From Candidatus Gottesmanbacteria bacterium (GTDB lineage: Bacteria > Patescibacteriota > Microgenomatia > 2-02-FULL-39-11), in contig JACPKY010000002.1 in NCBI GenBank assembly GCA_016186795.1, forward strand, positions 26,593 to 90,592: a DNA stretch of 64,000 bases, in the 5' to 3' direction. Shown here in pieces: positions 18,107 through 26,750 of the stretch. Both the position numbers and the translations under genes were made by a program. The notes beneath the pieces were generated by a model. That model did no database searches and was not told where the DNA came from. It worked only from the letters and a program-made list of their open reading frames with translations. Within the stretch, counting starts at the first letter, position 1, and each line of letters starts with the position of its first letter.

Positions 18107-18337
18107 ATGAACGGTACAGCACAACAAAGACTCAATCAGCTTGCACGCGCGATGAACACTCAACTCCAGAGTGGTTTCAAAGTCAAACTGGACAAAGAGT
18201 GGCTCGCGCGATACCGCGGACACCCCTACAGCGATCCGAAGGAAGTGGAAAGCGACTTCCGGGTGATCGGATGGAAAGGTACTAAGGTGCACGATCCGCA
18301 CAAATCTGGCTGGATGCAATTTACGCCAACAAGCTGA
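18107..18337 (+). CDS. hypothetical small protein (76 aa)
   Basis: RBS aaggaaggag upstream. Confidence 0.45.
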   Translation: MNGTAQQRLNQLARAMNTQLQSGFKVKLDKEWLARYRGHPYSDPKEVESDFRVIGWKGTKVHDPHKSGWMQFTPTS

Positions 18338-18818
18338 ACAACGCGTTTCATAGAGGGTAGCGTGCGACGCGATTAGAATGACTGTTTATTCAGTCAAACC
18401 AATCCCGTTGTCATGCTACTCTCTATAATTTCAATTTTCTTCCACTTACCATTCTTTTTTAACTTCTATGTTATTCTTATCCCCATTTGATCACCTTATT
18501 ATTCAAGAATCAATTCCATCGTTTTGACTCTTTATAGGTCCTATGGTAGCATCGCCCCAAGTTGGAAAAAGCATTCGCGTTTTTTCCAAACGCACATTAA
18601 CCACGCCACATCTTAGCACTCGCCTTACCTACTATTCGTAGCGCGGCTCGTGCTGCGTTTGTTGGCGGGTCTGCATCGCAAATGCAATGCATTTGCTCTT
18701 TGACATGTGAGAGAAAATTCTCCTTTCAAGGAGCAAGAACGATAGATTGATGATTCGTCGTCACTCTTTCGTTCTTGCTCTACCGGCCGAAAAAGTGTAT
18801 TCAAGAGAGGAGGCAACC

Positions 18819-19157
18819 ATGGCCCGTTCCAAAAGCAAAAATGTTCGGACGGTCCGATCCTACATTCCAGTTGCAAAGGGCAACTGGGTTCAGGTTTGGA
18901 TGTTAGAAAAAGGGGACTACGTTGTCCAGCGAGCTGATGAATTTCAGTCGCGCCGCTTGGGCATGAAAATCCTCTTTGCGGGTGGAAAAATCCAGTGTTC
19001 GAAAGGAAGGGTTATTTCCAAAGATCAAAGAAAGGGCATGGATCGCCCGCAGCTTTTGAGACCCGAAGACTGGGTTTTCAAAGTTCCGTTTAAGGACATG
19101 GCAGTTCATCCTGCCATGTACAATTACCCACCTTCGGGCGCGTTTTCGACTTCATAA
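18819..19157 (+). CDS. hypothetical protein (112 aa)
   Basis: RBS gagaggagg before the internal Met MARSKSK. A 12-bp IR sits in its 5' UTR. Confidence 0.45.
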   Translation: MARSKSKNVRTVRSYIPVAKGNWVQVWMLEKGDYVVQRADEFQSRRLGMKILFAGGKIQCSKGRVISKDQRKGMDRPQLLRPEDWVFKVPFKDMAVHPAMYNYPPSGAFSTS

Positions 19158-19169
19158 GGAGGCGACGAT

Positions 19170-19397
19170 ATGGATCCGAATCTAAAGAAACTTCTCGAGG
19201 TGGCGAATCAGACGCCAAACCAGCTCGAGTTCCCAACGGGAGCGGAGTTCGCTTATTGGCTTGCCGGTTTGGACAATACACGCTTCCTCACAAGTGCCAA
19301 CCTTCGTGCGGCCTTAGAAAGATCCGGTTGGGTACAAAACCCAAATCCCAAACCTGGGTTTGAGCAATGGCATGCTCCTTTTTCAATGGCACGCTGA
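19170..19397 (+). CDS. hypothetical small protein (75 aa)
   Basis: RBS aaggagg. Translationally coupled to the upstream gene. Confidence 0.45.
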   Translation: MDPNLKKLLEVANQTPNQLEFPTGAEFAYWLAGLDNTRFLTSANLRAALERSGWVQNPNPKPGFEQWHAPFSMAR

Positions 19398-19563
19398 TTC
19401 TCAGCTTCTCTCACGATCAACAACCATTGGGGGCGACTACTGTCGCACGCTCTTCGCGCACACTAGTTGTCCCCATATAATTCTAAAGTTGAGTATTGCT
19501 TGCTAATCAAATGATTACTTGATATTCTTAAGTATTATTATGAACCTCAGCGGATATACCTCG

Positions 19564-19707
19564 ATGACGACAAATGGACGGGTAGTTATTCCAAAATCAA
19601 TTCGAAAATATTTCAATCTAAAAGCGTCTTCTAAGCTTTATTTTGAAGTAAATAAAAATAACGAAATAGAAATTACTCCAGTTTCTACTAAAATATTGCA
19701 TAAATAG
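19564..19707 (+). CDS. orphan AbrB/SpoVT-domain small protein (antitoxin-like, 47 aa)
   Basis: MTTNGRVVIPKSIRKYFNLKASSKLYFEV matches the AbrB swapped-hairpin motif. Confidence 0.45.
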   Translation: MTTNGRVVIPKSIRKYFNLKASSKLYFEVNKNNEIEITPVSTKILHK

Positions 19708-19734
19708 AGTTTTCTATTATTCCTGTATAGTTTT

Positions 19735-20298
19735 ATGGATCAAGAAATTTTAGCCCAGACGAAACAGAAAATGCTCAAGGCGATTGAAGTTCTCAAGGAA
19801 GATTTGGGGACAATACGGACTGGCCGGGCAACTCCAGCGTTAGTTGAAAATGTTGTCATCACTTCCTACGGCGGGACGCAGCATCTGAAAATGAAGGAAA
19901 TGGCAACAATCACCACCGATGGCCCAAGAATGATTGTGATTTCCCCATTTGATCCTTCCATCATCCAAGATATTGAAAGAGGTATCAACGTAGCAAACCT
20001 TGGATTTTCTGCTGCTGTTGATGGAACCATTCTCCGTATTAGTATTCCACCGCTCACTGCAGAACGAAGGGCTGAGTTTGTCAAGCTTGCCCATGTGAAA
20101 GTGGAGGGGGGTCGGGTTATGGTTCGCCAAGTTCGTCACGAAATCATGGCAGATATTAAACGCAAATTTGATGCCAAAGAGATAAGCGAGGATGATAAAA
20201 AACGATTTGAAAAAGAAGTGCAAACAATTACCGACGAGATGATAGCGGAAATTGATGTTTTGCGGCAGCACAAGGAAACAGAACTAAGTGAGATCTAA
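19735..20298 (+). CDS. frr: ribosome recycling factor
   Basis: About 187 aa. KEDLGTIRTGRATPALVENV...RRAEFVKLAHVKVEGGRV is the canonical RRF sequence. Confidence 0.95.
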   Translation: MDQEILAQTKQKMLKAIEVLKEDLGTIRTGRATPALVENVVITSYGGTQHLKMKEMATITTDGPRMIVISPFDPSIIQDIERGINVANLGFSAAVDGTILRISIPPLTAERRAEFVKLAHVKVEGGRVMVRQVRHEIMADIKRKFDAKEISEDDKKRFEKEVQTITDEMIAEIDVLRQHKETELSEI

Positions 20299-20314
20299 AG
20301 CGAATTTAATTCAA

Positions 20315-20440
20315 GTCATTTCGAACGAAGTGAGAAATCTAGTCCCGATGTAATCGGGACGCATATGCATATAATTATTACGCTTTGCTAGATTTCTCAG
20401 TCGTCCCGACTGGCATCAAGACTCCTTCGAAATGACACAT
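20315..20440. repeat. ~125-nt imperfect long palindrome between convergent frr and the 20445-22151 gene (outer arms gtcatttcgaa/ttcgaaatgac; inner gagaaatctag/ctagatttctc; internal hairpins)
   Basis: Read directly. Probably a complex bidirectional terminator. Confidence 0.5.
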
Positions 20441-20444
20441 GAAT

Positions 20445-22151
20445 TTATTTGTTTTCCCTCTCAATAATTTTTTTCAATATTGCAAGACTAATAGCGTACG
20501 TTGGTTCCACTCCTTCATAGGATAAATTCCGGACTCCCAAATTTTTTGCTTTCGAGTAGGGTGTATCGGATGCATAGTGGGCAATGCCAATCTCAAACGG
20601 TGCATTGGTGAGACTGATAAAATCATTTTCAGCGTACCGATTGTAGAACACAAATTCATACAAAGCGTTGAAGTACGGCCCTGTTTCCATCTCGATGATC
20701 GTATACCCTTCCTGGTACCATTTCTTCACAAGATCCCCATTTTCCAAAAATGTCCCCTTGGCAGCAATTGTTTTTTGATCAGAAAGTACTGCGCCGGTTT
20801 TAAAAATTGTTTCAAAATCAGACGCACGGAGAGAATTATCAAAAACGTACAAATTCTTCGTATGCTGGTCAAAGACAGTTGTTGGAAGCAAGATATCTCC
20901 GATTTGCCCATTTAACGTTGCCGCTTTCCCCATGATGTAGACCCCTTTTATTCGTGCCACATTTTGTCCGATTTCAGTCAGTATTTGGTACGCTGCCCAG
21001 CCTAAGGGATAGTCGATATTCACAATTACCGCATCACTTTTTCCCAAGTTTTTCGTGTCAAGTTTCAATCTGGGATCAAGGGAAAGTCCTGCCAGTTTTT
21101 TTACTTCTATCACCTGGGTATCGATATCAAGATAGTGCGAAGAGGGAATGACATGAATTCCAAGTTTAGTCATAAGATGAGTTCTCCTCTTTTCGTATTC
21201 CGGGTGGGTTTTCCCGTATTTTTTGGCAATGTAGTAGAGGAAATTTTCCCGGTTTGCCAAGAAATCTCCCGAGTTTATCTCTCTCCAAAGCCGGAGCAAA
21301 GTCTGGTCGTGGGTTTTATAAAGATACTCAATCAAAAGTTTCTCATCGGCAAGAACATGTCTCAAAAGAAGGTTGACAAGGGAATGAGTATTACTGGAAA
21401 CAAAATAAAGTGGACGACTGAGGAAATTTAGATATTTAAGTTGATTTTCTATATGGTCCCACCACCGTTGTGTTGCCTTGGCGTATTCAACATACGATCC
21501 GGAAAGAAGTTGGACGGTAAACGAAACTTCCCTATACTTTATTGCCTGGAGGAATTTTGGGTACTCCTTCCCCCAAATTTTTTGCATTTTGGAGATATCA
21601 TCCTGGGATAAATGCTTTTTGGCTTCACTTTCGGTATCTTTGGCGTGACGAAGTTTCTCGTGGAATTTATTCCATTCGATCTGAAACGATGTCAGAAGTG
21701 TAATAAGATCGTCAACGTCGGTGACTGAGGCGATATAGACATAGAGTATCTCTTTCCCGTCAAAGTACATTTTCCGCCGCCGTCCGGGAGCCTCAACTTC
21801 TTTCAATTGGGAAAATTTAATAACGTTATGCTTTTTAAATACATCAAGGGATTGTCCGAGGATCACTTTTTTGACATTGGACATAACCTGCGGCAACCTT
21901 AAGAGTCCATAAATGAATGCGGAAGTATCGATAGTATCGGTACCTCCTTTTTCATGAAGGAGCGGTTTTGCCGCAATATGGGCATCAATCAGTTGGGCAA
22001 TATTGACTGTTCCAGACGATTTGAGAAGGGAGCGATATGTCCTTATGTAAATTTCTATCTCTGTTGTATTGAATGTTGTTTTTCCTTGGTGCATTGTCTG
22101 GTGTATTATATTCCATCTTTCCCTTGAATTACAGTGAAACGGACGGTACAA
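20445..22151 (-). CDS. nucleoside phosphorylase (PNP/UDP-1) family protein, AMP-nucleosidase-like, with long N-terminal extension
   Basis: C-terminal ...YTIIEMETGPYFNALYE... resembles the PNP_UDP_1 I/VEMEtAA motif. The roughly 300-aa N-terminal region has no recognised motif. Confidence 0.4.
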   Translation of the reverse strand: MYRPFHCNSRERWNIIHQTMHQGKTTFNTTEIEIYIRTYRSLLKSSGTVNIAQLIDAHIAAKPLLHEKGGTDTIDTSAFIYGLLRLPQVMSNVKKVILGQSLDVFKKHNVIKFSQLKEVEAPGRRRKMYFDGKEILYVYIASVTDVDDLITLLTSFQIEWNKFHEKLRHAKDTESEAKKHLSQDDISKMQKIWGKEYPKFLQAIKYREVSFTVQLLSGSYVEYAKATQRWWDHIENQLKYLNFLSRPLYFVSSNTHSLVNLLLRHVLADEKLLIEYLYKTHDQTLLRLWREINSGDFLANRENFLYYIAKKYGKTHPEYEKRRTHLMTKLGIHVIPSSHYLDIDTQVIEVKKLAGLSLDPRLKLDTKNLGKSDAVIVNIDYPLGWAAYQILTEIGQNVARIKGVYIMGKAATLNGQIGDILLPTTVFDQHTKNLYVFDNSLRASDFETIFKTGAVLSDQKTIAAKGTFLENGDLVKKWYQEGYTIIEMETGPYFNALYEFVFYNRYAENDFISLTNAPFEIGIAHYASDTPYSKAKNLGVRNLSYEGVEPTYAISLAILKKIIERENK

Positions 22152-22163
22152 TGGTGAGACTCT

Positions 22164-23297
22164 ATGATTCTTTCAGGTATAGTTTTTTTCATCATTCTTT
22201 CTATTTTGGTTCTTGTTCACGAATTTGGCCATTTTGTCGTCGCACGTATTTCCGGAGTGAAAGTTGAGGAGTTTGCACTTGGCCTTCCTTTTACTCGGGC
22301 TCTGTGGAAAAGGCGTCAGAAGGATGGCATGTATGTATCGCTGTATCCGGTTCTTTTTGGCGGATTTGTAAGACTTTTGGGTGAAGAAGGCCCAGAAAAA
22401 CGCGATGACCCCAAGAGTTTTGCTCATAAAAAACCTTGGGTGAGAGCAGCAATTTTAGTTGCAGGGGTATCAATGAATTTTCTCCTTGCGATTTTCTCTC
22501 TCTATCTTTTTTTCCTCCTTACCGGATTTAAAGCGTTCATCCCGGATTTTGCCAACTATACGTTTCACAACGCAGATCAAACTCGAAGAGTCATTGTCAT
22601 TGATGTTGCTGGTGATTCTCCTGCATCCCAAGCAAGTCTTCGCCAAGGGGATATTATTGTTGCAGTCGATAGTATTGATATCCAAAGTAGTGACCAGTTT
22701 CGCCAAGTAATTAAGGAAAAAGCAGGAAGTCCGGTTGAGTTAACGCTCTATCACCAGGTAGCACTGCGTCCATTTTCCAAAATGATAACTCCCAGGGAAA
22801 ATCCTCCCGAAGGTCAAGGAGCATTGGGTGTGGCGATAGGGAATGTTTATGAAGTTTCTTACAATTCATTCTCTCAAAAGCTTTTTTCAGGAGTGACTGC
22901 AGCTATTGACTGGTCTGGGTACACGGGAGTGATCCTTGGTACTTTGTTTCAAATATCTCTCAAAGAACACGATGCTGCGCCTGTTGTTTCCAACCTTTCC
23001 GGCCCTGTAGAAATATTTTCTACCGTTGATAGTCTTATTAAAATTGGGGGAGGAGAGTCTGTACTTCTCATTATCCAACTTCTCGCCATTATGTCTCTGA
23101 ACCTTGCGATTTTGAATGTGTTGCCATTTCCAGCTCTTGATGGCGGGAGACTTGTCTTTGTTATTATCGAGGGCGTAACGGGGAAGAGGTTAAAAGCCCA
23201 GTGGGAACAGTATATCCATCAGGTTGGTATGGCGCTTCTTCTTGCCCTGATGGTTTTGGTTTCCTTCAAAGATATCTGGAGAATATTTACGAAATAA
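22164..23297 (+). CDS. rseP: RseP-like site-2 zinc metalloprotease (M50) with PDZ domain
   Basis: HEFGH zinc motif in the first TM region. Central PDZ-like segment. C-terminal LDGG motif. Confidence 0.85.
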   Translation: MILSGIVFFIILSILVLVHEFGHFVVARISGVKVEEFALGLPFTRALWKRRQKDGMYVSLYPVLFGGFVRLLGEEGPEKRDDPKSFAHKKPWVRAAILVAGVSMNFLLAIFSLYLFFLLTGFKAFIPDFANYTFHNADQTRRVIVIDVAGDSPASQASLRQGDIIVAVDSIDIQSSDQFRQVIKEKAGSPVELTLYHQVALRPFSKMITPRENPPEGQGALGVAIGNVYEVSYNSFSQKLFSGVTAAIDWSGYTGVILGTLFQISLKEHDAAPVVSNLSGPVEIFSTVDSLIKIGGGESVLLIIQLLAIMSLNLAILNVLPFPALDGGRLVFVIIEGVTGKRLKAQWEQYIHQVGMALLLALMVLVSFKDIWRIFTK

Positions 23298-23307
23298 CGA
23301 AGATTCT

Positions 23308-23337
23308 TTGACATTGTCTTTCCATATTTGCTATACT
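23308..23337 (+). promoter_or_regulatory. near-consensus sigma70-type promoter TTGACA-18-TGcTATACT
   Basis: TTGACA at 23308-23313 and TATACT at 23332-23337. The spacer is 18 nt and carries a TGn extended -10. Confidence 0.5.
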
Positions 23338-23343
23338 ACCAGC

Positions 23344-23595
23344 AAAGTTACAAAAGCGTTTTAGTTTGGTTTCCCGCCAAACGATACTTCGGCAAGCTCA
23401 GTATACGCTGCATACGATGAGTATGACGGAAGAATAACCGTACAAATAGTTTCAAGTGTGTCATCCGCCAGCTGGCGGACGGAGCACTCACATAAGGTCC
23501 CGATAAAATCGGGATAAAACAAGGTGGTACCATGGTTCGGCTACGCTCACCACAAGCGGCGTAGACAACCGTCCTTGATAGGGACGGTTTTTTAG
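23344..23595 (+). ncRNA. candidate ~250-nt non-coding transcript or regulatory leader between rseP and proB, ending in an intrinsic terminator (ccgtccttgatagggacgg + T6 at 23566-23593)
   Basis: Bounded by a strong promoter and terminator, with no plus-strand ORF. Holds several hairpins, including the ccgccagctggcgg palindrome, tcccgataaaatcgggat, and a GGTGGTACC T-box-like motif. Confidence 0.35.
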
Positions 23596-23608
23596 TGGCT
23601 GTTAATGA

Positions 23609-24292
23609 GTGAAACGAATTTTACATCCACTTATAGTGAGGAGCATAGCGACGAATCTATTTATGGAAAAAAGAAAAATTCTTATCATCAAAATCGGCAG
23701 TTCTACCTTACTTACTCACAGGCTTTGTGTCGATGAGTATCGTATGAACCACATTGCTAAGCAAATAAAAATGATCCAAGATAGGGGATGGTCGGTTCTT
23801 CTTATTCTTTCTGGTGCTGTTGCCGTTGGCTCTCGATATATTGATATACCAACTGTTCGCAGTATTGGGAAAATGGCTGCAGCAGGTATTGGACAGGTGG
23901 AAATTCTTACAACTACAAAGTGTATTTTCCAATCGTTTGGCATGCGTATCGCTCAAGTACTTCTTACGAAGGACAATACTAATACAGAGAGGAAAAAGGA
24001 TATGTTGAAAACAGTAATTTCTCTTTATATTCAGAAAAAAATAATCCCGGTATTCAATGAGAATGACGTTTTAGATCTCTATAGTTTTGGAGGGAACGAC
24101 TACCTCGCCCAGTTTCTTGCAAAACTAGTTGGTGTTTCACGGGTTAGTATTCTTTCTTCATTGAAGACAAATGGATTTGGAGTTGGGGGTGGAGTATCAA
24201 AGCGGGAAATAGTTTCTGATCTTCAAAAAATGGCCATACCAACATTTCTTCTTAACGGGAAAAAGAAGGATTGCCTTCTGGAGGTTGTATGA
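23609..24292 (+). CDS. proB: glutamate 5-kinase (short form, no PUA domain)
   Basis: IIKIGSS, SGAVAVG, AAAGIGQ, AQVLLTKDN, IIPVFNENDV and FGGNDYLAQFLA match ProB signature blocks. Followed by proA. Confidence 0.8.
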   Translation: MKRILHPLIVRSIATNLFMEKRKILIIKIGSSTLLTHRLCVDEYRMNHIAKQIKMIQDRGWSVLLILSGAVAVGSRYIDIPTVRSIGKMAAAGIGQVEILTTTKCIFQSFGMRIAQVLLTKDNTNTERKKDMLKTVISLYIQKKIIPVFNENDVLDLYSFGGNDYLAQFLAKLVGVSRVSILSSLKTNGFGVGGGVSKREIVSDLQKMAIPTFLLNGKKKDCLLEVV

Positions 24293-25530
24293 ATATACAC
24301 AACTTACAAAAGATGTGTCAGGCACAGCAAATTCTCAGTACTGAAGGTAAGAGGAGAAAAGATTTATTTTGCGAAAGTTTAGCACGAAATATTTCGAAAA
24401 AGAAAGCATCCATAATATCTGCAAATGTTCGCGATTGGAAGAAAGCTATGAAGAAAAAATATGATTCGGCATTTTTAGATAGACTTCGACTTGATGAAGA
24501 AAAGGTTGATGCAATAGTCCAAAGGATATATACCGTAAAGGGACTAAATGCAGGCATTGGCAGTTGCATAGAAAGAGTGCTACTCCCAAACGGTGTTACC
24601 CTAAAAAGGATTCGCGTGCCTCTTGGAGTCCTTTTATTTATTTATGAGTCCAGACCGGAAGTGACCATAGATGTTGTAACTCTTGCGATCGGTTCTGGGA
24701 ATGCATGTATTTTAAAAGCGGGGAGTGAATCATGGTACACATCAACACTTCTTATAGACTTTGTGAAAAGAGCACTTTTCACGGCAGGCTTACCCCAGGA
24801 GGCAGTGTATTTTATAAAGTCAAAGAGTCGAAGGTCTCTCTATACCCTCCTTACGAAGACGAACTTCATTGACGTTGTCATTGCCCGTGGCGGATATGCT
24901 ATGGTACAAAATATACTCAAAAGATCTCGGATTCCTGTTTTGTGTCACAGCGAGGGAGGGGCACGGATTTATATTGATAGGACAGGAAATCTAGAAATGG
25001 CCAAAAAAATAGTACTCAATGCAAAAACAAGTAACCCCTCAGCATGTAATAGTTTGGATACAATTCTTGTTCATGAGGAAATTTCCCAAAAATTCCTTCC
25101 AGAGTTAGTACACCTTCTCATTGGCAACAATATCACGATTTACGGAGATAAAACTGCCCAAAAAATTTCAAAAGAAATTCTTCCAGCAACCCCAAAAACG
25201 TGGGAGGAGGAATTTTTATCTCTGGCCGTTTCTATAAAAGTAGTCAGAGGCGTTTCAGAGGCGTTACAGTTTATCTCCCGGTATACCAATCATCATAGTG
25301 AGGGAATTATTGCGAAGGATAAAAAAGTCATCGACATATTCACTAAATCAATTGATGCTGCAGCCCTTTTTATCAATTGTTCACCGAGGCTCCATGACGG
25401 CTTCGTTTTTGGAAAAGGAGCAGAGGTTGGTATTGCTACAGGAAAGCTCCATGCACGCGGTCCATTGGGACTGACAGATCTCACAACCTATAAATGGGTA
25501 GCTTACGGGAATGGGCAAATACGGGAGTAA
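24289..25530 (+). CDS. proA: gamma-glutamyl phosphate reductase
   Basis: Aldehyde-dehydrogenase-like sequence. CNSLDTILVHEEI and HSEGII match ProA blocks. Start overlaps proB (ATGA). Confidence 0.85.
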   Translation: MNIHNLQKMCQAQQILSTEGKRRKDLFCESLARNISKKKASIISANVRDWKKAMKKKYDSAFLDRLRLDEEKVDAIVQRIYTVKGLNAGIGSCIERVLLPNGVTLKRIRVPLGVLLFIYESRPEVTIDVVTLAIGSGNACILKAGSESWYTSTLLIDFVKRALFTAGLPQEAVYFIKSKSRRSLYTLLTKTNFIDVVIARGGYAMVQNILKRSRIPVLCHSEGGARIYIDRTGNLEMAKKIVLNAKTSNPSACNSLDTILVHEEISQKFLPELVHLLIGNNITIYGDKTAQKISKEILPATPKTWEEEFLSLAVSIKVVRGVSEALQFISRYTNHHSEGIIAKDKKVIDIFTKSIDAAALFINCSPRLHDGFVFGKGAEVGIATGKLHARGPLGLTDLTTYKWVAYGNGQIRE

Positions 25531-25536
25531 TCGAAT

Positions 25537-26364
25537 ATGAAAAAAAAGATAGGTATCATCGGGTGCGGACATATAGGGGCAGCGATCCTTACTGGATTTT
25601 TGTCGGCAAAAACTATTTCGCCGGAAGAAATTATTGTCTCCAATCCTGATATTGAGGACCTCAAGAAAAAGTTTCCGAAAGTTTTATTTACAACTCAAAA
25701 TAAAGAAGCAACAGAGGCGGAAATATGTATTTTGGCAGTAAGACCAAATATTGTTCAAGAAGTCTTGCGAGAAACTCGTCCAACATTTTTATCCAAGATA
25801 CTTCTTATTTCTACTGCCGCTTGTGTAACAATGGATCTTTTGCAATCGTACTTAGGCAAAAGTATCAAAATAATTCGTATCATGCCTAATTTAGGAGTAG
25901 CCTATGGACAGGGGATTATCGGATTTTTGGCAAATAAAAAAGTGACGAAAAAAGATAAAATATATTTCCGAAACGTTTTTTCCAAACTAGGACTGCTTGT
26001 TGAGTGCAACGACGATGAGACAATCGATAAACTTAGTATGATCTCCGGCTCCGGTCCCGGATATGCTGCATATTATATGGAAAATCTTGCAAAACAAGCT
26101 CAAATTTATGGTTTTTCACGTGATGTTTCACGGAAAATGGTCTTACAAACGTTTGCTGGGACTATACGAAGGCTGCAAAAAGAAAATCTTTCTTTTTCAG
26201 AGCTTTTAACTGGTGTTAGTACAAAAGGAGGAATTACAGAAGAGGTAATAAAAACATGGGATGAAAAGAAACTCCCACAAATTCTTTCTCAGGGAATTTC
26301 TCGAGGGTATGCTAAAATAAAACGAATAACTAATTCCTATTTCTTTGCTTCTCCAAAGAAATAG
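25537..26364 (+). CDS. proC: pyrroline-5-carboxylate reductase
   Basis: N-terminal Rossmann IGIIGCGHIGAAI. ProC-like C-terminal dimerisation domain. Operon context with proBA. Confidence 0.85.
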   Translation: MKKKIGIIGCGHIGAAILTGFLSAKTISPEEIIVSNPDIEDLKKKFPKVLFTTQNKEATEAEICILAVRPNIVQEVLRETRPTFLSKILLISTAACVTMDLLQSYLGKSIKIIRIMPNLGVAYGQGIIGFLANKKVTKKDKIYFRNVFSKLGLLVECNDDETIDKLSMISGSGPGYAAYYMENLAKQAQIYGFSRDVSRKMVLQTFAGTIRRLQKENLSFSELLTGVSTKGGITEEVIKTWDEKKLPQILSQGISRGYAKIKRITNSYFFASPKK

Positions 26365-26387
26365 TAGAAAGAAAACATTCAGAGGCA

Positions 26388-26732
26388 GTGAAAAATATGA
26401 GTACAATAGATGATTTTTTAAAACTCGATATCCGGGTTGGGAAAATTCTTACCGTTGAGGATTTTCCCGAGGCTCGGAAACCTTCGTACAAACTCATGAT
26501 CGATTTTGGTCCGGAAATCGGAACAAAAAAATCCAGCGCGCAACTGGTACAGTATTACAAGAAAGCTGATCTTGTCGGGAAACACATTTTGGGCGTTGTC
26601 AATTTTCCGCCACGCCAAATTGGTCCCTTTGTTTCCGAAGTTCTGACTCTTGGAGTTCCAGATGAAAATCATGAATGTGTGTTAGTTGTTCCCGATAAAG
26701 ACGAAGCAGTAATTGGAGGAAAGTTGTTTTGA
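26388..26732 (+). CDS. csaA: tRNA-binding protein CsaA/Trbp111 (EMAP/OB-fold domain)
   Basis: FLKLDIRVGKIL...DFPEARKPSYKLMIDFG is the conserved tRNA-binding OB-fold sequence. Confidence 0.8.
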   Translation: MKNMSTIDDFLKLDIRVGKILTVEDFPEARKPSYKLMIDFGPEIGTKKSSAQLVQYYKKADLVGKHILGVVNFPPRQIGPFVSEVLTLGVPDENHECVLVVPDKDEAVIGGKLF

Positions 26733-26750
26733 TTTTTTTCCTTTCTTTGA

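Noticed and set aside
23344-23595. SRP RNA / 6S RNA / tmRNA identity for the promoter-terminator-bounded transcript
   Set aside because: It lacks the SRP domain IV GGAAGCAGC-type motif, has no tRNA-like ends for tmRNA, and its length and structure do not obviously fit 6S. Left as an unclassified ncRNA or leader.
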